A stretch of DNA of 64,000 nt from Eledone cirrhosa (Eukaryota): NCBI GenBank assembly GCA_964016885.1, contig OZ024742.1, forward strand, positions 105,214,001 through 105,278,000, in the 5' to 3' direction. This document shows positions 53,895-64,000 of this stretch, piece after piece (within the stretch, counting starts at the first letter, position 1; every line of letters begins with the position of its first letter). The position numbers were made by a program, and so were the translations under genes. The notes under the pieces are model-generated. The model was not told the DNA's origin. It made no database searches and saw nothing but the letters and a program-made list of their open reading frames with translations.

Positions 53895-56800
53895 CCTATC
53901 CTTACACCGTGTGTGTTGTTTATGTGTGAGTAAGATTTATCTGTTTAGTTAGTCTTCATGCTAAACTCAATAAATAAGTGTGCAGCTGTACTCCACTGAC
54001 ACACCAAGGGAATTGGAGGGAGAGAGAAGAGTATAAATATATTAGTAATACCGCAAAATTGCATGCAAGTGGGTGTGTATTCATGTGTGTAAGTATGTAA
54101 TTACACTCCACCACTCATCCTTAAAATGCACCCAACCCAAACTGTAAAACGGCAGTGCTGGTACCACAATAAAATATACCCACCTCACACTGTAAAGTGG
54201 TAGTGCTGGTGGCACAAAAACAAACACCCAGTCCATACTATCAGGTGGTAGTGGGAATTCCACAAGAAAACAAACCCAGTACATGCTGTCAAGTGGTTGG
54301 TGTTAGGAAGAGCATCCAGCCATAGAAACCATGCCAAAATGTAATGTATGAGTAAGACAGTCATCTGACATGTCTAACCTTAGAATGTGACAGTCCATTT
54401 AATCCATGCAAGCATTAAAAAATAGACATAAAATGGTGATTGTGGTGGTAGCAGTGATGATGGTAGTTATTATGATGATGATTCACCTGGCTACTCAGAA
54501 TTCAATACTTCTCCATACCAAAATGATAGATTCCCCTTCTTACTGATATTAGCTGTTATTCAAACTTTATTAATTTAATATATTGTCCTCTAACAAATTA
54601 CTAAATGATTAACTGATAACTACATTGTTGATGCTGTCTATCTGAGCATTGGTGAAATATTTGACAAGATGCTTCATCAAAATCTCGATTGAAAACAAGA
54701 GCAACATGTGTTAGAATGAAAATATGAACCATCGGGATGTAATAAATAATTGTGGGTGTCGATGTACATATACACATATATTGGAGTTGTTGACTTATAG
54801 GATTGCAATTGTGGGTATGTAAGTATGTATACACACACACTTAGAGTTGTTGACTTAAAATATATGGGTGTGGCTTTGAAGGTGATTTGACTGCTATCTC
54901 TAGCAGATAAACGACCATGTAAAAGCTCCCTCATTAGCTTGTCCACCTAGTTATAAGTTGAATGCACAAATTAGTAGCATCTTACCCAGGAGTTTTGTCT
55001 CATATCTAGTTATAGCTACATAAAGTGGACCCACTCTACGGATCCAATTTTGAGGTCTGGAAAAAATTAGCTAGTTTAAACACAACCTGATCAAATAGTG
55101 AATATTAGGAATGACAATGACAGTTGATCATAAACAATAGCATCATTGTCAGACTATACTAATCGCATCTCCTCTTGAATACTATATGCAAGCCTAGTAT
55201 TTACTTCAAGAGAGAATCAATGCTGGGATCTTTGATATTACAATGGACTACTTCAATGAGATGAGATATCAACTACTAACAGACCAAAATTGATATTGCA
55301 GCTGTAGAGATTGTAAAATTAAACTTAGTGTATTATGGAAAATAAATAAATGCATCTCTCAAACTGTAAAAGGATCATTAAAACTCTGGTTCCTTGGTTG
55401 TTAAATAGATAAGAAAAATCTTCACCAGAAATGTTCATTAGTTTATTGAGGATTTAGAACATACTGTGATGAGCTACTAGGTGAACTGAGGTATAAATAC
55501 ATAACAGGAGATATAAACTCATATCCCTGAGGGAATAATGAACTCAAACGTAAGCACAGCTACTCCAATATCTTAACCCTTTAGCATTTACATTAGTCTA
55601 TATTTACTATCATAGTTTCACGGTAAAGGCTTTATCTCACATAATATTAAATCTATAACATAATATTAAATCTATAACACGTTAGTATGCGTGGCCAGTT
55701 TGAACAGAGAGAGGTGAGAGAATTCTGGCCGGTTTATATACTAAAGGATTAACCAACCAATTCCCTATTTCAGGATATTTCTGACTCATCATCATCGTCA
55801 TTTTATGTTTCCTTGGCATGGGTTGAACGGGTTGGCACAGTCCAATTCCAGAAGGCTTGGAGCAATCAATTGTGCTTGTTACATTCCATATTTGGTATAG
55901 TTTCAACACCAACCACTTTACAAGGTATACTGGGAGTATTTTTTGTAACACCAAGGTTTTATTTTCAGAGTGCACTGAGTATATTTTATCATAGTTCTCT
56001 ATCTCATATCCAATATCAGCTATTCTATATAATGTTACACAGATGAGGGATTGACACACACAATAGGAGATAATAACACAGACAATACTTTAAAATATAA
56101 ACTAAAATCAGCCCTTAACCCTCTTAATACAAAACTGCCCCTAGTACTATGATACAAAACTGTTTAGGTATGTTTATACTTATCTAAAATCTTCCATCAT
56201 AAATCTATGTAAGAACCATTGTTATGTTCAAAACACGAGATAAATAATGAAACGGACAATTTCTTGATATTTTCATTAGAAAAATGGTAATGAAAGGAAG
56301 AAATAGATCAGAAGATGAAGTAAAGGAGAGATGAGGTAGAATAAAGGAGGAAAGACGAGAGGAATAAATGCTGAGGAAGAAGAAATAGGAATTAAACAAT
56401 TCTAATATCCCTTTGAGGGGATATGTAGAACTCTGTTTGGGAACCACTGCACAAAATGAGAATTTATCTATTCATTATAAATGGAACATGAAGAAATCTA
56501 GATAAGACTTTAAGTAACTTTTATTTACCATAGAGCTGTACTTAAGTAGAACACTATCAATTAATGTAAATAGTAACACTATTATAGATGGGAGCATTTG
56601 TATAGTAGAAATGGTAGAGTGCAGAACTACCTCATGGCATTTAGTTATGTCTGCTTACATTCTGAATTCAAATCACGCCAAAGTCAATTTTATCAACATT
56701 CCAAAATTAATAAATTAGATATCAGTTAAAAACTGTGATCAGTTAAATTCCCTATACCACTGACGCTAAAACTTGCAGCTTTGTGCTAATAATGCTGGAA

Positions 56801-58080
56801 ATTAACTCTTAACATCTTCTAATGATTTAGTAGAAAACAAAACAAGCTTGTTAAGTCAAATGTTTATACTATTTTTACCAGTGGTCAGCTCGTGAAAATT
56901 TACAGTAAACTAAAGACCTTAACTTTTAATGTGCTGTTGCCATACTATTTGCTGTTTTGAACTTTGCAAGAATGTCTTGCTAATGCAGTTTCATGGGGTA
57001 CAGGATGTTAAGAGTTACTATGGTGACAACTTCAGATAAAGCAGGACAAGCTTCCTTTGCTTATAATGCAAACCCAATAGTTTATAATACTTCCTATTAG
57101 AGTGAAACAAATTAAATAGGAAATACATGAGTGAGATGATATTTCTTTGAAGGTGTAGCTACATTCCACTTACACACTAGAAAATTGTAGAGAGAAAGAA
57201 ACAAACACAAAAAATGGGGAAAATAATAATAAAACTTTAAAAGCTAGTTAATTGTTAGACTTCGGGAATGCGTGTATTTGTGTGTGTGAGAGAAAAAGAG
57301 TGGATGCATGCATACACATGTATGTATATGTGTAAAGTGAAGAATTGTATAGCTCGTATATTAGTGTATCATCAAATGGTAATGGTGTTTTTACAATTAA
57401 ACTGACCACTACCCAGTGACAATTTAACTAGTACTTTATTTCATCAACCCTCGAAGGATGGAAGGTAAAATTGACCTTGGAACATAAATAGTTGTAACTA
57501 AATACCACAAAACACTTTGTTCGATGCTTTACCAATTCTGCCAATCCACCACCCAGATATTTAGTAGCATAAAATCAGAAGCTAGTTATTAAGTATTGCT
57601 GGCCTAGTTGTTAAAGTTAAGCATGCTACACAAGAGAGGTTCATGGTGTTACTGCTGTGTTTCTAACTAGGGTATTCAGTTCTTGGTAATATACCTCACC
57701 TGATTTGTAATAGATGTATGTTCCAAAGAGATATAGTTCACTGCATAGCAGACAGACAAACAATGACATTATTTACTTGAAGTCCAATATTGTACTTAAG
57801 TCTTACAATAGGGATACTGAAGAGAGATGGCTACCACTATTAGTGTTAGTATTAAAGACATGCCTTAAATTGATAAATGAATTTAGAGTTAGGGAAACAA
57901 TCAATTATATACATAACAAATGACTACAGAACAACAATAATCTTCAACAGAATATTATATTGAGTAATTTCTGCTGGACGTCAAAGGTGTGTGTAGGTGT
58001 GTGTGAAAGTCAACAAGGAAAAACAACACAGGAGAACAATACAATGCAATGATATATAAAATTGTAATGCTTGAACAGGG

Positions 58081-58116
58081 TCTTAACATTTCAGACATTA
58101 GTCCTTCATCAGAAGA
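58081..58116 (-). ncRNA. Minimal type I hammerhead-ribozyme-like motif, probably from a Penelope-like LTR relic
   Basis: TCTT-CTGATGA-AGGAC TAAT GTCT-GAAA-TGTTA-AGA. Core boxes and stems I and II are present. Confidence 0.5.
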
Positions 58117-58183
58117 TAGAATGAGAGAAAAGAAAAAAATAGAAAGAAATAGAAGACGATTTTATAATTTTAATATATTCCTA

Positions 58184-58222
<39 letters not shown>

Positions 58223-58664
58223 CTTGCAAGCAGGGAAAAGCGGACGTAAAATGATGATAAATATATAAGTATGGTACCAGGAAATACAGGAATCATGTGT
58301 GTTTGTATATTCATGCAAGTGTTTAAGGATATATTTTAAGATAAATTATCAATAAATAACATAAGGAATACAAAGTACATTGAAATAATAATAATAATTA
58401 TTATTGTTGTTGTTAATAGTAATTTCTGTATTGGGGATTTACATAAAACAAGTAAACAAAAAATAGTTAAAGTATCAACAATAATAATAACACTATTAGT
58501 AATAATTGTTTCTACGTTAGGCACAAGGCCAGCAATTACCCAGTGTATTACTGGTACTTTATTTTATCGACTCCGTAAGGATGAAAGGCAAAGTTAACCC
58601 TATTAGTAATAATAATTAGTAATAATTAATGAATAAAGTGTACCAAAGTATTGTTTATACTTAC

Positions 58665-58732
58665 AGAAGCACAATTTCACAGCTACTCAGATGGGTATAT
58701 GTAGAGCTTCATCAGACAGTGTTGGCCAACCC
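58665..58732 (-). other. Candidate non-coding 5'UTR exon of RAR
   Basis: ttccttattttcag| and |gtaagt sites, with stops in all three frames. Confidence 0.4.
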
Positions 58733-58930
58733 CTGAAAATAAGGAATTACAACAGGAAATTAAATACATGGAACAAGAGAGATAGATGAGCTGAAATTAG
58801 CAGTTAGCCATTCCCAAAGGCAATCATTCATTACTTTCTTATAGAGTTCACTGATGCAAAAGGGAAAAAAAAATCTAAGACATTATATATATATATATGT
58901 GTGTGTGTATATAGGTGTGTGTGTGTGTGT

Positions 58931-58966
<36 letters not shown>

Positions 58967-61180
58967 ATATATAACCCATGCTAGCGTGGAAGATAGATGT
59001 TAAACGATGATGATGATATATATATATATACACACACACACATGGGCAAATGTGTAAATCAATTTTAAGTTAAATAGACATCAAATATAAATGATTTTTG
59101 TTGTATTTTTTTTTATATTATATTTTAATGAAACATTGATAGTAAAATAGAATCATCTAAAATGAACTCACATGAGAGAAAAAAAGAGAACAGTTGTTTC
59201 TTTGCCAGGGAAAAAGTGAAAAAGTAGTTACAGCTGATTAGAGAGGATGGCAGGTAATGAAAAGTTCAGAAAACAGATTCTAGCATTCCAACAGAGTGAG
59301 TAAAGACTTTAGTCGTGGGCGGTTTTCATGTGGAATTCCTTAACTTTACCATAAGTTCAAATGACAGTCCCAGCTCAAGAAAATGACAAGTCCAAGGAAG
59401 CAAGTTATTGATTTTGGGATGGGGGCAGAGACATCACAGCTTTGAAAGATACTCAGGTTTTCAATTAGAGGAAGAAGAATATCTATTTCCATTAGACTTG
59501 GTTTTGTTTTCTTTTTTTTTTTTTGTTTGTTTCAAATTAAATGATGATGATGATGATAGCTTCCCTTAATAATAACAATAACGTTTCTAACAGGCTTTCT
59601 TCTTTTCTTCTTTTTCTGCTTTTGTTTTGTTTTTTTGTTTACTTTTTTTTTGTCAAAAGATTAATATTGTATGGAAAGGAAGAGGCAAGCTAGGGAGAAA
59701 GAAAGTGGGGAAAAAAAAGATAAATAGATAAACAACAGTAAGTGGGTTTAATGATGTGTAGAGCAAAGAGAAGTCTCTCTTTCTATCTATCTCTGTTTCT
59801 TTTTGCCTCCTCTACCCATATGCACTTGCTGGGAACTCTATGATGATGACTAATGGCTACACAAACTGATCAGAGATACATTATTGCTATGCTAATTAGA
59901 TGTTGAGGAATTATTTCAGAGCAAAACCATGTTCAGCACATTCCTCTGAGGTTTCAGAAAATTAGTTTGATTAAATTAGAGAGGTTTTGCTTGTATCAGT
60001 TCGGCTGAGAAATTCCGTGGCTTAGAGACTAAAAGAAGCACGCTATATACTTATATATCCATTCCTTTAATAATAACCATTTTATGAACAAATAACAATA
60101 AACTACAAATATTAAATTAACAGTTTCTTTTATTTCGGATTTTTTCTTCTTTTCCTGCAACATTAATAGTTCTTTAACACATATCTGTGTATACAGATTC
60201 CCCAAGCTCCGATCTTCCATGATAGATTGGGAAAGAAGAAAAGGAAAAAGAAAAAGGAAAAAATAGGTGACATTAAATCTAACAGAAATTTACAGATTTT
60301 CTTTTTCCTGTAACTTTGATGATCTACCTTCCCCACTGGATGGATGATTTATATATTATTTTCTTGGTAATGTGGAATAGAAACTGACAAATATATCTAT
60401 CTATCTCTCACCACTTGTTAAACAAATGAATTCTGGGATTTTGTCAATCAACTGTTATTTTATATATAGTGTATGAAAGCCACCATATTTATTTTAGTGA
60501 TTTCCAGCAATGATCCACTCATTCAATGAGAAAATAAACTTGCAGACATGAAGCTACATCTTAAAGTTCAGAGTGCACACATTATAATTAGTCAGTTAGT
60601 ACTATGGCAGTGTTTTGGTAAAGATACGCGTGTAGCTGTGGACGCATTGCGTTTCTATGTAATATTCTGCCTACAACAGTTATTAAAACTGCCATATGCA
60701 GAGAATTGTAATAACATCAGCAGGTATAAAGTAATCAGGCTATTGCATTTCACCAGAAGGTGGACCAAACTCAATACTTTAGTCAGTGTATGCATATAAA
60801 TGAGTGCATTGCTACATCATCAGAACTGTGGGGAACCAAAGTCAATGTATTGTAAAACAACCAATATATATATATATAAGTGTTAGGAAGGGCATTCAGC
60901 TATAGAAATCAAGCCAGAATCAGTTCCTGTATGAGCAAGACATGGCCAGCCGACTGGACACTGCCCACAACAGGACAACCTGTCTAGCCCATGCTAGCGT
61001 GGAAGAACGGACGTAAAACGATGATGATGAAGTATAAAGAAAGTGCTCAAATGCAGAAATGCTATAAGGATAGCTTATGAAATTGGGTGAAGACCCTAAA
61101 AAGACGGAAAAAGTTGCCATCAGCCAGTATGAGGAATTGAACCCCATATTTTCCAGATAGCAGCTAGATGCTTTAACCTT

Positions 61181-61789
61181 TATATATATCATCATCATCA
61201 TCATCAACGTTTAACGTCCGTGTTCCACGCTTGCATGGGTTTGGACGGGGGTAGTCCCACTTGAGGCAAGAGTGATTGTCTTGCTCGCATAGGACTGTCT
61301 GGCAGGTTTTCTACAGTTGGATGCCCTTCCTAACACCAACCACATTTACAGTGTGGGTCTGGGAGGTTTTTACCGTATTGCCTACACGGCCACATTACAG
61401 CGTGGACTGTGTGTTTTTTTGTCGTGACACCTACACGATCTCATTTGTTTCGGCCTGGATGGCGCGGCACCAACATAACTTTACATAGAACGGGGTGGTG
61501 TGGATGGGGTGGGGTGGTGGCGGGACGGGGTGTATTTTGTTAGAGATGCCTACTGGCAAGGCGGGTCTTCTCTGTTACTGAGTACCGCCAAAGGTCTCGG
61601 TCCAGTGACATTGTCTTGGAGAGGTGTAAGTGTGTGAGGTCGGAGTTTATCAGCTCATCCCATGTTTTTCTAGGTCTGCCTATTCCGTGGCTACCGTCTA
61701 TCTTTATTGCCCTGCACTTTGTAATACAGCTATCGACTTTCATGCGCATCACGTCTCCATACCAACGCAGCCTTCTCTCGAGTAAACAA
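61181..61789 (-). mobile_element. Young RTE LINE 3' end, near-identical to 33733-34348 (the element extends a little further 5')
   Basis: The ORF track gives identical 70-aa peptides at 33770+ and 61540-. Confidence 0.9.
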
Positions 61790-61837
61790 CATCTGATCCC
61801 TCTTATCTCTAATTTTTTCCTTAGTTCGTTTATGCTT

Positions 61838-61879
<42 letters not shown>

Positions 61880-63616
61880 TATGATTATTTAGGACAGTTA
61901 CTACAACAGCAGCATACCAAGTAGGTACGTTTCGTTGATCACTGAAAACCAACAAAATGTAGATACCTGGTATGGTGCCGTTGTTGTAACTGGCTTGAAA
62001 AATTATATTCAAACTTATACTTGCAATTGAAGCCAGTACAAAATAATATAAGCATCTGTAAGTGTGTGCAAGCATGTAGAATATTCCAGAAATTAAATTC
62101 AAAAGACTATACCAGTATTAATAATCAGAGAAAGCTTGTGCTTTCTTCAGAATAATTATTCTACATATTTTCCTTCTTATAACACATGATGAAACATCAC
62201 CATACAGAAAGACAAGTGGAGTGTATTGCTGAAGGATATAATGCACACTAATAATGGATGACATACGAACCATGAAACCAAGTTATTGGAAATTATACTG
62301 TTTCCTGTGTATGCATATGTTTATACATATATGCACTTGTTGATATATGGCTACACACACACACACGCCCAAGCGTTAAATCTATATCCAAATGCATATA
62401 TCATCATCACTGTCATTATCCTTTTTATGTCGACTTTTCCAAGCTGGCATGGGTTGGATGGGATAGTTTGAGACAACCTTTTTAGTTTCCCTTTATGACA
62501 TGCAGGGATATGGTGTTCCTATTCTAAGAAACAGGGAGAAACATAATTGTGGATATGTATACACGCATTGCTATATAACCAGAACTGTGGGGGATCAAAG
62601 TTAAGGCATTGTAAAACAACCTATTTAGCTATTTATTGTATCACTTTCACATACACCTATTAGTTTGCAGCATCAGATAAATGGTGGACAAATAACTACT
62701 CAAATATCAGGGATTGTTTGTCAAATTACTGCTTGCCTTGATGTTTTGTTTTAACTCTAAAGATAGTTTCAGCAAATAACTAAAGTAGCCTGGATATATA
62801 TGGAGATGCAAATCAGTTATTTGCACACCTGTATTTATATTGCTCATTATACCAGAAAGAGTTAAATTGGGTGATTTGCATTACTAAGTTTGATTTCTTG
62901 CAGTTAGCAATGGAATACACACACAAACACACATGATGGACTCTCCCATCAAAAACGACATGTATATACATATATGATAAGCGCTCTCAACAAAAAGCAC
63001 ATATATAAATACATATATGATGAGCTTTCTTGTTAAAAATGACATGAATAGCCAGTTGTTTGATCTACTGGACATTCATAGTTACTCAAGGAATTGATAT
63101 CCAAAGTGGATGAGTATTCCACTGACACATCAATGTAATTCTCAAGTGGAATTTAGATGACAGTGTGACAAAGCTGCTCTACTGAATTACAGGTACAACC
63201 CATGCCTGACAAACACAATAATGGATTGATTAAACATATCAAAATGAAACTATTCACACACAAATGCAAGATTTAACAGTATGTGTGTATGCATGCAATC
63301 TGCATGTGTATGTATGTGCAATATGCATTAATGAGCTGTTATCTGTCAACATGAATGGCATTTGTAACTTGAGAGAGTAAGCTACATATTTCACTCATTT
63401 CAGTAATATCCATTATTATGCTGCCTTCAACCACCACCACAACTACCACCATCAACCAATTTACCTCTCCCCCTCCCCCATCATTAACATGAATCAGGAC
63501 TTCCAGCAACACCAACCCCACCTCCACTCACCACTAGACCCTTTCACCTGTCACCATCACCAATGATCATTCTCTGACAAAATCATCCTGACAACCTGGT
63601 ATCATTATTATCAGCA

Positions 63617-63803
63617 AATTGGCAGTATTGGTAGAGGGTCGGATGCCATGCTTTGACGCACAGAGTTACGGCCCTTGCCATTCTGAGTTCAAATCCCGCC
63701 GAGGTTAACTTTGTCTTTCATCCTTACGGGGTCGATAAAATAAAGTACCAGTAATACACTGGGATAATTGCTGGCCTTGTGCCAAAAATAAACACAATTA
63801 TTA
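63617..63803 (+). mobile_element. Young full-length SINE
   Basis: A box, B box and SINE body motifs. Confidence 0.9.
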
Positions 63804-64000
63804 TCAGCACCATAACCACCACGACTATTCCCAATATCACCACCATCATCTTTATCATCATCAACTTGGTTGAAGGGTGGGGTGGGGAAGTGATAAGGAT
63901 TATTGGTTACTGAAATGATCAGATTTAATCAGATATTGTTATATTGTTTGACCAGCTCCAGCCACATTTGCAAGCACTAGTTGATGGTCTGTACACCTCT

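Overview
AT-rich, repeat- and microsatellite-dense animal DNA. The repeat content suggests a coleoid cephalopod, probably Octopus (inference). One minus-strand nuclear receptor gene, a retinoic acid receptor (RAR/NR1B) orthologue, spans about 58.7 kb to 10.9 kb. I reconstructed it by hand from GT-AG sites; all phases are consistent and the longest model is 2451 nt (816 aa plus stop). The DNA-binding domain is clearly RAR-type. Unusual features are a skippable 351-codon polyQ/polyH N-terminal exon, candidate alternative N-terminal exons, a lengthened H1-H3 loop built from a 120-nt exon plus two candidate in-frame microexons (39 and 27 nt), a divergent D-box and a heavily remodelled ligand pocket. 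Introns and the 3' flank hold tRNA-derived SINEs, RTE, CR1/L2 and R4/Dong LINE fragments, hAT and piggyBac-like MITEs and a mariner relic. They also hold a near-identical ~600-bp inverted repeat pair 27 kb apart, a perfect 27-bp-stem hairpin and Penelope-type hammerhead-like motifs. No expression data or database searches were available, so exon usage is predicted.
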